64,000 nt of DNA from a virus. The position numbers and the translations under genes are program-made. This document shows positions 38,424 through 48,064 of this stretch, piece after piece. Location of the stretch: the IMG/VR virus record IMGVR_UViG_3300043256_000348, positions 1 to 64,000 of that record; one strand, written 5' to 3'. Below the pieces are notes generated by a model. The model saw only the letters and a program-made list of their open reading frames with translations, made no database searches and was not told where the DNA came from. Every line of letters starts with the position of its first letter. The stretch's first letter is position 1.

Positions 38424-38923
38424 TCTTCACTCAGCATGATCGCCCGGGTGGCCTTCTCGACGGCGCCGGACACCTGCGCCCCTAGTTGCTCCGTTGACAC
38501 CACGCCTACGCGGAGCATGCCCTTGATCGCCCCCTTGCGGGGCACCGGCTTGGCGGGGCTTACCGCTGCGATCGCCATCTCGGCCTGGGCGTTGTACTTC
38601 TGGTCGACCTCCGGGACCGTGCCCGACGCCGTGTCCGCGCACGCCCGCAATTTGGCGAGTACCTGGGGCTTCTTCACTTCGTCGATCAGGTCCAGGGACA
38701 GCAGCCATGCGAGCAGGGCCTTGGCGGTCGGCGTCTGCCGCCGCGCGCTCTGGCCGTCTTCGCCGACGTCCACGGTGCCCTGCACCCGCAGCAGCAGGTC
38801 CACCGGCTGGCTGCTGCCCGGCTCCAGCCCGTCGCGTGCTAGGTCCGCGTGCCGCCCCAGCACCTTGACCGCCTGCCACTCGACGGGCGTGAGCTTACAC
38901 TTGTTCTCTTCAATCACTGGCAT
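38420..38923 (-). CDS. Hypothetical protein
   Basis: ATG 38923 overlapping RecT end; ends RAIMLSEE. Confidence 0.6.
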   Translation of the reverse strand: MPVIEENKCKLTPVEWQAVKVLGRHADLARDGLEPGSSQPVDLLLRVQGTVDVGEDGQSARRQTPTAKALLAWLLSLDLIDEVKKPQVLAKLRACADTASGTVPEVDQKYNAQAEMAIAAVSPAKPVPRKGAIKGMLRVGVVSTEQLGAQVSGAVEKATRAIMLSEE

Positions 38924-39725
38924 CGGTACCACCCTCCGCTTCTTCGTCCATCGCCCCCAGGTTGATCGTCTTGTCGCCGGACGGCGGCGGCAACAGGTTC
39001 GCCCCCAAGTCCTGCGGCTCGCCAAGTTCCCCCTGCTCGTCTAGCCGGAGGGCCATGGAAAGCTCGGATGTGAGCCGCCAGTAGTTCGCCGCCGCCCGGA
39101 CCGGCGTTTTGCGGACCATCGCGGGGTAGAACTCGCCCTTCCAGAGCGGGCCGCCCCGCTCTTCGATCTGGTTGATCTCCTGCCTCGACTGATACCGGTG
39201 GGCCACGCCACCGCTCACCGTCTCGTACAGGCAGTATGCCCCCACGAGCCGGTCCCTGACGGCCTTCGCCGACAGCACGCGGTCCGGCGGCACCTTGTGC
39301 TCGACCACCGGCCGCGACTCCCGTACGCCGACGAAGAACTCCTCGCCCTGCAACACTAGGTCCGCGTAGACCCACTTCAGGTACTCGTTGCGGGTAGCCA
39401 AGTTGATGTAGCCCTGGTACGAAATCTCCAGGTTGCACCGCGCCTTCGGGTCGGACCGTCGGAGCTTGCGGGGCACGAAGTAGGCCAGCTTCATCATCCG
39501 GCCGGGCACGATCCCGACCATCGCCGCGTGGGCGGCCGACACCAGCACCGACTCCGGCGTGCACGAGCCTTCCTTCAGCTCGTTGCAGGCGACGATCACG
39601 GCGGCCGCGAACTGCTGCCGGTCGAGCGAACCCGTGTTGAGCAGAGGCACGATCCTGTGGATGTTCCCCGAGACGTACTTCGCCAGCTCGTTTTTCGCGG
39701 CCGGCAGTATCAGGTCGGTTCCCAT
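38910..39725 (-). CDS. recT: RecT-family ssDNA annealing recombinase
   Basis: CTPESV, AYFVP, ISYQGYINLA, GAYC, W...YPAMVRKT motifs; adjacent to RecE-like nuclease. Confidence 0.85.
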   Translation of the reverse strand: MGTDLILPAAKNELAKYVSGNIHRIVPLLNTGSLDRQQFAAAVIVACNELKEGSCTPESVLVSAAHAAMVGIVPGRMMKLAYFVPRKLRRSDPKARCNLEISYQGYINLATRNEYLKWVYADLVLQGEEFFVGVRESRPVVEHKVPPDRVLSAKAVRDRLVGAYCLYETVSGGVAHRYQSRQEINQIEERGGPLWKGEFYPAMVRKTPVRAAANYWRLTSELSMALRLDEQGELGEPQDLGANLLPPPSGDKTINLGAMDEEAEGGTDASD

Positions 39726-39726
39726 A

Positions 39727-40698
39727 TCACGTCCCTTCATGTTCGGCTTGTTGCTTTGCCCACCAACTCAGCCCCCCGCGATGAATCGTTGGGTACCCTC
39801 CAGGCCAGAGGCCCGTGTCCAACGACGCCGCGTAGAGCGACAGCAGCTTCTGGTATTTCTTCCGGCCCGCCTCGATCGTCTCCACGTCCGCCTGCACGCA
39901 GTTCACGTCGAACGGCGGCCCGTCTTCCAGCACGACCCACACGAACTGCCGGTCGATCCCGTCAACGGTTTTCAGCCCGTCGACGTACAACGCGGCCTGC
40001 GTGTCGTAGTGCCACCTCTCGATCGACCGGGCGAACGCCGTGTCGGTGTGCTGGCCACGCTGCACCTTCTTTAGGTCTACCGCGCAGGGCGGGATCGTCT
40101 GCGGGTGCGATATGTCCTTGTCCGTCCGGCCCTTCATGCGGATGACCGCGTGCCGCTCCTGCCCCTGCACGAAGTACGTCACCGGCTGGTCCCAGACGAA
40201 CGAGACCTCGACCCCGCCCTGCGCCTTGAGGAGCTTGACCGCCGGGTGTTGCTGGACCTCGACGACCAGCTCCTCGATCAGGGCGGCCTCCAGCGATGTG
40301 ATCGTGCCGTCCGGCCGCTCGGCGCCGTCCGGTGCGTGGACGCCGCAGTACCACTGGCCGTCCCACTTCTCGGAGCCATTGTAGACGCAGACCTGCCCCT
40401 TGTTCTCGCCGCTGCTGAGCACCGCCTGGCACTGCCCGGCTACCGGGTGCCGCTCAGCGTACTTGTCCGGCTCCAGGAGCCGCGTGTGGATCGCCCTGCC
40501 GTAGTCCTTATCCTTCGAGGACGTGACCTCGATCTTGCCGTCGAGAAACGCCTTGAGGTGTTTCATGCTCACCGTGCCGTCGTCAAGCAACGCCCGTCCG
40601 AGCAGGGAGTTGTCGACGTGCGGCCATGCCAGGTACTCGGGCATCGGCACGCCCGGGTAAATGCCCGGCTGCGGTTCGGCTGTCGGCGGATCAATCAT
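39727..40698 (-). CDS. RecE/Exo VIII-like PD-(D/E)xK nuclease with a zinc-finger insertion
   Basis: GIYPGVPMPEY, G.AIH..LLEP, KGRTD, VDLKK, YDTQAALY. Confidence 0.85.
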   Translation of the reverse strand: MIDPPTAEPQPGIYPGVPMPEYLAWPHVDNSLLGRALLDDGTVSMKHLKAFLDGKIEVTSSKDKDYGRAIHTRLLEPDKYAERHPVAGQCQAVLSSGENKGQVCVYNGSEKWDGQWYCGVHAPDGAERPDGTITSLEAALIEELVVEVQQHPAVKLLKAQGGVEVSFVWDQPVTYFVQGQERHAVIRMKGRTDKDISHPQTIPPCAVDLKKVQRGQHTDTAFARSIERWHYDTQAALYVDGLKTVDGIDRQFVWVVLEDGPPFDVNCVQADVETIEAGRKKYQKLLSLYAASLDTGLWPGGYPTIHRGGLSWWAKQQAEHEGT

Positions 40699-40779
40699 CG
40701 CGTCCCCTTATTCGCCCCCGCCGCGAGCCCCGGAGGGCAGTTCGGGGCCCTTGTCGTACGGCGGAGGCTTCAGCTTTCT

Positions 40780-40787
40780 ATTATACC
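40780..40787 (-). promoter_or_regulatory. GGTATAAT -10 element upstream of the recE/recT block
   Basis: ATTATACC in intergenic gap. Confidence 0.55.
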
Positions 40788-40796
40788 CGAATGCCG

Positions 40797-41372
40797 CTAA
40801 AGCAGCCTCTCCCATCGCTGCTTCCGGGACTTGGTCTGTGGCGGGGCAGTTGCTCGTGTCTTGCGATTTACGTTACTAAACCGCTGGGGCCTTGCGTTGA
40901 CGATCTCCCCACCGGGTTTCCATCCGGCGGCCTTGTATATCGTGCCTGAATGTACGTCAACAGCCAAGTAGCTTACCGCCCGATTAAGGAACGGCCATTT
41001 CCGCTTAACGAGTTTCGCCATCACGGCAAGCATCCGGGAAGCCGTGTTCTTCGGGGCATCATCGCAAATCGCCAACCGTCGCAACTCGATAGTCTTCCCA
41101 TCGCACATCGCCCGGATAATCGGCTGGGACCATATCGCCACCGCGTAATAGTTCCCGCCGTGCTCGGCTGCGTACGCCACGCTCGTGTGGCCACAAAGCA
41201 GATTGCCAAGATCGGTCTTCGGGAGCATGCTGTGCCACTTCATGTTCAGCTCGCGTGCCCGGCGCATACCGATTTCGACAATGTCAAACTGAAGCGGCGA
41301 GGTCGGAATCGAACCGCCCGTTTCCGCTTGGAAGAGCGGAAGTGCTGCCTCTACACTATCGCCGCGTACCAT
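40797..41372 (-). CDS. Mom-like DNA adenine-modifying acetyltransferase (GNAT)
   Basis: GGSIPTSPLQ, IELRRL...APKNTASR, VSY...HSGTIYKAAGW. Confidence 0.75.
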   Translation of the reverse strand: MVRGDSVEAALPLFQAETGGSIPTSPLQFDIVEIGMRRARELNMKWHSMLPKTDLGNLLCGHTSVAYAAEHGGNYYAVAIWSQPIIRAMCDGKTIELRRLAICDDAPKNTASRMLAVMAKLVKRKWPFLNRAVSYLAVDVHSGTIYKAAGWKPGGEIVNARPQRFSNVNRKTRATAPPQTKSRKQRWERLL

Positions 41373-41383
41373 CGTAGCTCCAA

Positions 41384-42061
41384 TTATCCAATTAAGGACA
41401 ATGCTTCCTCTACGATCTTCTCAAAGTCAGCCGTAACTTGCCACTCAATACGGAAAGCAGCGAACATGACATGTGTTGGATAAAACCATTCCCGTTCGGT
41501 GCCATGAACTTTATATCTCGCCCACCTCGCATGTTCCGCCTTTTCTTCGGTACGTCCACCGCATCGTGTGCCGAATAGAAATGGTTGGTGCGCAATCTCT
41601 TTCGATTTAAGATATGTCCGTAAATCCTGTGTAGTATACCCGATCTTCACCAAACATCTGTGCCGCCGGGCATTGTGTCCCCAATAGGCGTACACCGTAG
41701 CCACAGGATTAGTTTCTTCGATGTCTGCGGTTTCTGGGAACAATGATAACGTATCGTTGCTGTGCCGAATAGCCTCTCCATCCCGCAACGTCTCAAAGTT
41801 TTTTTTGCGAGCCTGTGAATACAAATCAAGAATGACCTCCATGCTAAGTGAACAGACCTCGCCATATCGCTCCATATATCTACGGGAGAGAAGCATGTGT
41901 AATTCATTCCTGCCCTCAGAATGGATCAGCATACGTTCTGAGCCATAGGTCCATCCGGCAACTGTCGTACGGGACAAGCTAAGATAAGACAACATGTCTT
42001 CGCAAACGCGACCCATTTGCCTAACATCAGCCTTACAGCGACTCATTGATTCGAGCACCAT
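41384..42061 (-). CDS. Low-GC protein with C-terminal T5orf172/GIY-YIG-like domain
   Basis: VYAY...VKIGYT...EK..H...EREWF. Confidence 0.55.
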   Translation of the reverse strand: MVLESMSRCKADVRQMGRVCEDMLSYLSLSRTTVAGWTYGSERMLIHSEGRNELHMLLSRRYMERYGEVCSLSMEVILDLYSQARKKNFETLRDGEAIRHSNDTLSLFPETADIEETNPVATVYAYWGHNARRHRCLVKIGYTTQDLRTYLKSKEIAHQPFLFGTRCGGRTEEKAEHARWARYKVHGTEREWFYPTHVMFAAFRIEWQVTADFEKIVEEALSLIG

Positions 42062-42198
42062 ATGAATACATTCCTTCCCGGTACATCAACTGAAACCCGC
42101 CCGACCAGTGCCAGGAAACCCCCGGCGTGAACATGAGGATCGCTCGTTGCTTCTCCCAGTTCAGGTGAGTGTTGACCGGCCGGGCGGGCGTGTTCGCG

Positions 42199-42378
42199 TC
42201 AGCCCCCCTCTGTCTCCAGCACATCCAGTAGCCGCCTCAACTTGTCGCGATGCTGCCGGTACGGCTTGCCGAGCTTGTCCAGCATCGCCTTTCGCTGAGC
42301 ATTGTAGCCTTCCTCCAGCTTGAATAGCTCGGCCTTGACCTGGTCGGCCGTCACGCCAGTTCGCTCTGTCAACGTCAT
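42199..42378 (-). CDS. Small coiled-coil hypothetical protein
   Basis: RBS AAGGAGA; 59 aa. Confidence 0.5.
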   Translation of the reverse strand: MTLTERTGVTADQVKAELFKLEEGYNAQRKAMLDKLGKPYRQHRDKLRRLLDVLETEGG

Positions 42379-42443
42379 AGCTCTCTCCTTTCGTTTGCCG
42401 CCGCGTCCGGCGCTAACGCCAAAACGCGAACTTAGTACCGCTT

Positions 42444-42704
42444 TCATAGAGGCCGCAAGAGTGCCTCTTTTTCAGCATCGGTTAGCTTCGCCAGGGCGGA
42501 TTCCCTTAGTACGTGTGGGGAAGTCCACTCACTGGCCTTCTCACACATTTCGATCTCTTCAAGAGTAACAAGTACGGGGTAAGGTCTGTGGTTACATGCC
42601 AGCTTTGCTTCACTGGCTGCTGCCTCAGTCGTGAACCTAGCTGCCAAATGGATACTCCCGTCGTTCGTTACCACCTCCAGCCTCCAGCAGTTAATCGTCT
42701 GCAT
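42444..42704 (-). CDS. Hypothetical protein (low GC)
   Basis: ESALAKLTDAEKEAL C-terminus common in phage small proteins; flanked by 22-bp repeats. Confidence 0.55.
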   Translation of the reverse strand: MQTINCWRLEVVTNDGSIHLAARFTTEAAASEAKLACNHRPYPVLVTLEEIEMCEKASEWTSPHVLRESALAKLTDAEKEALLRPL

Positions 42705-42756
42705 TTGATTACCCTTTCCGGTAAGCCAGTAATGTGAATTGACACCGCGTCTGGCC

Positions 42757-44646
42757 CTAACGCCAAGCCAATACTTTGACCGCGTACATCTTACATTGTA
42801 CCGCGAGATCATATCCGCCTCGCCTGAAAATCGCGCCTTCGTCCGTCCGCTCGGCCACCTCGTGGAACTTCGACTCGTGCGCCGTCTCATAGGGCAGCCA
42901 GTCCTGGCCCTCCCGGCGGATGCGGCATTCGACGCCCTTCGCTACCGTGTACTCCAGCTCCAGGTCGCCGAACCGGAACAGCCTGCCCCGCCGCTTCGCC
43001 ATCGCCCGCCGCCTGCCATCCTCCGACTGGAAATTCCAGCCGCCCGGCCGCGTGGCGATGTGCGTCATCACGTCGGAAGCCTCGGCCAAGGTCATGCTCG
43101 GATCGAAGCCTCGCGCCTTCAGCATCCGAGCCTGCTTGTACGTTGACAGCTTCCCGCGAGACCGCCTCGCAGCCTCGCCGATCAACTGCCGGGCCTGGTT
43201 GTACGTGAGCCCCTTGTCCGGAATGCCGATCTGCTTCAGCCTAGCCTTCTGCTCGTCGTCGGGCGGCAGGTTCTTCCACCAGCCGGGCGACTCCGACTCG
43301 CTGAGCCCCACGGCGTCGCCGAACACGCAGAACGGATCGACGGTCTTCCGCGTGGCCTTCGCCTCGGCTATGATCCTGGCCCGGTCGGCCGCCCGTATCT
43401 CGTCCGCCCTCGCCTGGCAGGCCAGTACCTCCTCCAGCACGTCGGCCGGCTTGTCCCCGGCGGCCTCGAATACGCGGGCCCGGCACTCGTCTCTCACTAC
43501 AGAGTCGAGCTTGCCCCCGAGCAGGTCAGCCGTTGATTGCAGCTTGTGCTTCATCGACGATCCAACGAGGTCGATCACTAGGCAGTCGCTCTTGCCCTCC
43601 ACCGGGGCGAGCGGCCCGCCGCGGAGGCCGCGACCGATCATCTGGGCGTGGAGCATCCGGCTGAGCGTCGGCCTCGCGATGACGATGCACGACACGGCCG
43701 GGAAGTCGGTGCCCTCAAGGTAGACGCCACAATTCACGGCCACCTGAAATTCTCGCCGCCGAAACGCCTCCGCGATTGCCCGCCGCTCGTCCTCCGGTGT
43801 TTTCGCCGAGACGCACTGCGCGCCGCCCTTGCAGTAGCGGGCCATGACCTCGGCCACCATTTCGGCCACGCGAACGGATGGCGTGAAGATCAACGTCTGC
43901 CGGTCGCCGATCATCGGCGCGATAGGCGACACGATCTTGTGTATCGCCTCTTCCTGCCCGATCACCGCGTCCAGGTCCTCGGCCGACAGGTCGCCGCTCC
44001 CCGTCTTGCGAACGCTCGACCAGTCGAGATCGTCCACCCTGACGAACTGCTGCTTGATGGGGGCAAGCCAGCCGTCCTGAATCGCGTCGATCAACTCGTA
44101 GTGGTAGGCCACGTCGTCGAAGAATTTCCCTAGCGGCACCTCGTCCGCCCTATCCGTGGTGGCGGTGGCGCCTAGAATTTTCGCCGGCTGGAAATAGTCG
44201 AGTACGGTCTGCCAGCTCTCGCAGATAACGTGATGCGCCTCGTCGACGAAGATCATGCCGAAATCATCCGGTGAAAAGAACTCCCTTCGGTTCGGCCGCA
44301 GCATCGTCTGGATCGACGAGACCACTACGGAGCTGCCCATCAGCTTCGGGGACTTGACGATCGACCGCTCGCCCTTCTCCACCGCCACCGGCTCGCCCAT
44401 CCAGTCCTCGCACGCCTCGGCGGCCTGGTCGATAAGCTCGTCCCGGTGTGCCAGCCAGAGCACGCGGGCCGGCAGCTTGTAGTTCGATGCGAGGTCGTGG
44501 TTGCACCAGGCGTCGGCAAGGTAGGCCCCGACGGCCGTCTTGCCCGAGCCGCAGGGCATAGAAATAAGTACGCGCGCGTGGCGGTGCCACTTCTGGCACA
44601 CCTCGTACACCGCGTCGTTCTGGTACGGCCGGAGTTCAAGCGTCAT
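42757..44646 (-). CDS. SF2 DEAH helicase (ResIII/IRC3-like)
   Basis: LRPYQ, PCGSGKT, VDEAHH, GATAT, EGTDFP, QMIGRGLR. Confidence 0.92.
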   Translation of the reverse strand: MTLELRPYQNDAVYEVCQKWHRHARVLISMPCGSGKTAVGAYLADAWCNHDLASNYKLPARVLWLAHRDELIDQAAEACEDWMGEPVAVEKGERSIVKSPKLMGSSVVVSSIQTMLRPNRREFFSPDDFGMIFVDEAHHVICESWQTVLDYFQPAKILGATATTDRADEVPLGKFFDDVAYHYELIDAIQDGWLAPIKQQFVRVDDLDWSSVRKTGSGDLSAEDLDAVIGQEEAIHKIVSPIAPMIGDRQTLIFTPSVRVAEMVAEVMARYCKGGAQCVSAKTPEDERRAIAEAFRRREFQVAVNCGVYLEGTDFPAVSCIVIARPTLSRMLHAQMIGRGLRGGPLAPVEGKSDCLVIDLVGSSMKHKLQSTADLLGGKLDSVVRDECRARVFEAAGDKPADVLEEVLACQARADEIRAADRARIIAEAKATRKTVDPFCVFGDAVGLSESESPGWWKNLPPDDEQKARLKQIGIPDKGLTYNQARQLIGEAARRSRGKLSTYKQARMLKARGFDPSMTLAEASDVMTHIATRPGGWNFQSEDGRRRAMAKRRGRLFRFGDLELEYTVAKGVECRIRREGQDWLPYETAHESKFHEVAERTDEGAIFRRGGYDLAVQCKMYAVKVLAWR

Positions 44647-44655
44647 CGGAACAGT

Positions 44656-45546
44656 TCATGCCAGGTAGTTCTTTTCATACTGAGGTTTCGTCAGCCAGCC
44701 CCCGCCCTTGCAACGGCTGCACGACGGCCGCAGCTTGCCCGCGTCTTTGCACTCCGGGCAGACGCAGTGAGGCATCTCGTCGCGGACGTGCTTGCGGATC
44801 TCGTTCAGCCAGCCGGCAATGGCCTTCGGCTCGATCCGCTTGCCGCCCTTCAGCTTCGCCAGTCGCTCGGCCGGGGCGATCACGTTAGCCGACAGTCCAT
44901 TCCAGTAGTTGGCGATTTCCACCCGGTCGACGAACACTTCGCGGCACCAGTCCGGCACCTCGTCATTCATGGCGTCAAAGACCGGGGCCCCGGGGGCCGC
45001 CTTCTTTTTCTTCTTCGGCCCTTTCTTTTTCTTGCGGCCGCCGCCCACCGTGACGACCTTGCCTGATTTCGTGACACGCTCCGTCGGCGCGGGCTCGCCC
45101 GTCTCGCCCGCCAGCTTCGCCCGCGTGGTGACCACCAGCGTCGATCCCACCCCGCACTGCTCGGCGATGGTCGCGTCCACGTTCTTCGCGACCTCCGGAT
45201 CGGCAAGGCAGTTGAGCACGGCCTGTTTTTTCTCCGCGTTGGTCAGGCGGACGCCGTGCTCCCGGTTGGCACCGCTGGCGTAGAACACCGCCTCGCTGCG
45301 GCTGCCCTTGCGGACATCGCAGACCGGCGAGTCCACGCCGATCCGCCTGAACGCGGCCAGCCGCCGACAGCCGTCTGCAAGCCAGTTCGCTTTGCTGTCG
45401 AAGAATACGACCGGCGGCTCCATGGCCTTCGGGTCCAACCGCAGGATCGCCTCGTAGTCGTCAACCACCGAATCATCCTGCTTCACGCGAGGCAGCACGG
45501 CAGGGTCGATCTTGATCGACTTGATCGGTAGCGGCAGCTTTGGCAT
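44656..45546 (-). CDS. ParB/Srx-like protein with HTH and C-terminal zinc finger
   Basis: WLADGCRRL, ANREHGVRLT, IAEQCGV, CPEC...CSRC. Confidence 0.75.
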   Translation of the reverse strand: MPKLPLPIKSIKIDPAVLPRVKQDDSVVDDYEAILRLDPKAMEPPVVFFDSKANWLADGCRRLAAFRRIGVDSPVCDVRKGSRSEAVFYASGANREHGVRLTNAEKKQAVLNCLADPEVAKNVDATIAEQCGVGSTLVVTTRAKLAGETGEPAPTERVTKSGKVVTVGGGRKKKKGPKKKKKAAPGAPVFDAMNDEVPDWCREVFVDRVEIANYWNGLSANVIAPAERLAKLKGGKRIEPKAIAGWLNEIRKHVRDEMPHCVCPECKDAGKLRPSCSRCKGGGWLTKPQYEKNYLA

Positions 45547-45572
45547 GGCTCACCTCCATGTTGAGTTTCCCT

Positions 45573-45671
45573 AATTATACCCGGCCGCGGGCCCAATCTA
45601 ATAGGCGGATTTTTGCGCCGTAACCCTTTGCGGTGCAAACAGTTAAGTAGGGGGTATTTTAGAAATACCCC
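45573..45671 (-). promoter_or_regulatory. 99-bp promoter/operator element, copy B (inverted relative to copy A)
   Basis: Matches 12632-12730; overlaps palindrome GGGGGTATTT-TAG-AAATACCCCC (45650-45672). Confidence 0.8.
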
Positions 45672-45730
45672 CGGCCGATCCGGGTTTCCGGCGGTGTTTG
45701 CCCATTCGGGAGCTGTGGTAGAATACTGGT

Positions 45731-46321
45731 ATGGGCCGCGTGGAATTTACACTGCCGTACCCGCCGTCCGCGAATCGCCAGTGGCGAATGCGCGGGGGCG
45801 GCATCAAGTCGTCCACGGCCGTCAAGGTGTACCGGGAGAACGTCTACGCGGCCGTGGTAGACCAGGGAATCAAGCCGATCCCCGGGCCCGTGTCAGTATA
45901 TCTATTGGCGCACCCGCCGGACCAGCGACGGCGGGATCTGGACAACTGCCTCAAGGTTACGCTTGACTCGCTGCAATCGTCTGGTGTAGTGGAAGACGAC
46001 TCGCAGGTGGTCGAGATTCACTCGGCTTGGGGTAGGCTCGACAGGCCCCACGGCCGCCTGACGCTTGCCCTGACGCGATTGGATGAGCAGCACGACAAAG
46101 CGTACGCGATGGAGGACCGCCGCCCCCTGGCCCTCCTGCTGCACGCTGCGGCCCGGCTGCAAGAGTCAGACAACGAACTGGGCCGCCGAACGTGCCCAGC
46201 CGAGCGGCGGGCCGAGATCCTGGAGGCCATGGCGACGCACCTGCACGACCTGCGGTTCCAGGTCGGGGACCTCGCGGCGGAGGTGGCGACCGGATACCCC
46301 GAGCCGCTGGCCGATCCATAA
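45731..46321 (+). CDS. rusA: RusA-family Holliday junction resolvase
   Basis: LPYPPSAN, PPDQRRRDLDNCLK..LDSL, DDSQV; TAGAAT -10 lies 6 nt upstream of ATG. Confidence 0.88.
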   Translation: MGRVEFTLPYPPSANRQWRMRGGGIKSSTAVKVYRENVYAAVVDQGIKPIPGPVSVYLLAHPPDQRRRDLDNCLKVTLDSLQSSGVVEDDSQVVEIHSAWGRLDRPHGRLTLALTRLDEQHDKAYAMEDRRPLALLLHAAARLQESDNELGRRTCPAERRAEILEAMATHLHDLRFQVGDLAAEVATGYPEPLADP

Positions 46322-46326
46322 TAGTA

Positions 46327-46355
46327 TTGTGGACCGGACGGAATTGCGGTATAAT
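46327..46355 (+). promoter_or_regulatory. Sigma70-type promoter TTGTGG-17-TATAAT
   Basis: GGTATAAT at 46348-46355 with -35-like hexamer at 17 bp spacing. Confidence 0.6.
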
Positions 46356-46411
46356 AAAATGACAAGTGCCTTTTCGCAGAAGGCTTTCAGTTTCCCTAAA
46401 CGGAGGACGTG

Positions 46412-46861
46412 ATGAGCGAACTGTACGAAACGGTCAAGGCGGAGTTCCAGCAGATTACCGCTGCCCTAAAGTGGCGGCTGGACGACGGGTTCCAATTGAG
46501 CGACGTGCTGCCCACGATCCGGGATTTTGTCGGCGCGGCCACGGTGATCGCCGAGACGCTGGACGTACCGGGCCCCGAGAAGAAGGCGTTGGTCGTCGAG
46601 GCGGCCGTTGCCTGGTGGCAGAAGGGCATGCGGCCGTGGCTGGAGCGAGTGGACGCAGAAGGGAAGCCAGTATTCAATCTGCCTGGCCCAGACTGGATGT
46701 ACTGGAACATGGTGGGCATGATCCTGCCCACGCTGGTCGGCTTCATGGTGGACTGGATCGTCAAGGACCGCAACGGCGTGATCGGCGGCTGGCCGAGCGT
46801 CGGAGAGGCCCTGTCCCGTTTGGCTCCGCCAGAGCCCACACCTGGCTCGGAGACGGCCTAA
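46412..46861 (+). CDS. Hypothetical protein with hydrophobic segment
   Basis: RBS GGAGG; 149 aa. Confidence 0.65.
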   Translation: MSELYETVKAEFQQITAALKWRLDDGFQLSDVLPTIRDFVGAATVIAETLDVPGPEKKALVVEAAVAWWQKGMRPWLERVDAEGKPVFNLPGPDWMYWNMVGMILPTLVGFMVDWIVKDRNGVIGGWPSVGEALSRLAPPEPTPGSETA

Positions 46862-46924
46862 GCAGAACCGAGCGGCGTCGTGCGATTTCAGTATTGTGCA
46901 ACCCCATTTCACAGGAGACGTGTT

Positions 46925-47356
46925 ATGAAATTGCTTACTGCGAGACCTCTTGCCGTATGCCTGGTGTTTACGGTTCTGGTCGGATTGTTGACCAATGCCT
47001 TAACGGCCCCCAGTGCCGAACCGGAAAAGACGGCCGGCTGGCTGAGCCCCGCTGCCGTTGCGGTGTCTGCGCCCGCGGCAGAAGAGGAGAGAGTCGAACG
47101 CAGGCTCGGGTACCGCGAGCGCAGGGCCTTGGGCTTGACCTTCCGGAACGTCCGCCGCGTATTGGATGAGATGGACCAGGATGGCGAACTGGAAGGCAAG
47201 AGCTCGTCGATGCTCGCCGTCGAAGTGTTCGACCATCTGGTGGATGAAAACCCACAGGAATTCAGCGCGGTGGCAGAGGTGGACTGGGATGCGATCCTGG
47301 ATTTCCTGACGAAGCTGATCGAATTGATCCTCAAGTTGCTCATTCTATTCAGCTAG
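46925..47356 (+). CDS. Membrane/secreted protein with C-terminal amphipathic helix
   Basis: N-terminal signal/TM; WDAILDFLTKLIELILKLLILFS. Confidence 0.65.
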   Translation: MKLLTARPLAVCLVFTVLVGLLTNALTAPSAEPEKTAGWLSPAAVAVSAPAAEEERVERRLGYRERRALGLTFRNVRRVLDEMDQDGELEGKSSSMLAVEVFDHLVDENPQEFSAVAEVDWDAILDFLTKLIELILKLLILFS

Positions 47357-47389
47357 CCAACCCAACCCCAACCTTCGCGGAGGCGTGAC

Positions 47390-48064
47390 ATGTACAGATT
47401 GCTTTTTGCGGCTGTGGCCTGGTTGAGCCTGTCGGGGACGGGCGCGGTCGCAGGACTGGAGATCAGCCAACCGCCGGACGAGGTGGCACCAGGTGACGAT
47501 GTTGAACTAATCGTCAGCGGGATCAACTACCAGCAGTTGCCCCAAGCTACGCTCCGCTACTTTCCACGCAATCAGGTACGAGTACGCGGGACTCTTTCAT
47601 GGGGCCTTGAACCACGTATCGACTTCCGGGCACGGTTGCCAGGCGAATATCTGGTGTTCGTATCGGCCACGATCGACGGCAAGAACGAGTATTCTGAAGT
47701 CATTATCGTTGTTGGCGACAAGCCCCCAGATCCACCCCCGCCTCCGCCTCCTCCGCCACCGTCAGACCTTTCAGCGTTCGTGGCAGACCTCATCGAAGAG
47801 CTTGACATCGAGACCGGGACCAGCGAAGTCGCGGGATTCTTTCAAGACGCCGTGCCGAAAGTTGACAGTGACGAGCTGCGCGGCTCGAAGGCGATCGTCG
47901 AGGCGGTCACGAAACGCATTGCCGCGATGAACTCGACCAAGTGGAAAGCGTTCTCCAGCCTGCTCTACGGCCATCTGCTCAACGAGCTGCAACTCGTCAG
48001 CCAGAGTCAGTGGTCAGACGCCTACAAGGAAGTCGTGCTGGGACTGGGAGGAGTGAAGCCATGA
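47390..48064 (+). CDS. Secreted two-domain protein with poly-Pro linker
   Basis: Signal peptide MYRLLFAAVAWLSL; PPDPPPPPPPPPP. Confidence 0.7.
   Translation: MYRLLFAAVAWLSLSGTGAVAGLEISQPPDEVAPGDDVELIVSGINYQQLPQATLRYFPRNQVRVRGTLSWGLEPRIDFRARLPGEYLVFVSATIDGKNEYSEVIIVVGDKPPDPPPPPPPPPPSDLSAFVADLIEELDIETGTSEVAGFFQDAVPKVDSDELRGSKAIVEAVTKRIAAMNSTKWKAFSSLLYGHLLNELQLVSQSQWSDAYKEVVLGLGGVKP

Noticed and set aside
12632-45671. Invertible 33-kb segment between the inverted 99-bp elements
   Set aside because: Central spacers of the dyads differ (ACGAGGTAT vs GCACCGCAA) and no site-specific recombinase is in the window; an operator role fits better, though long reads would settle it
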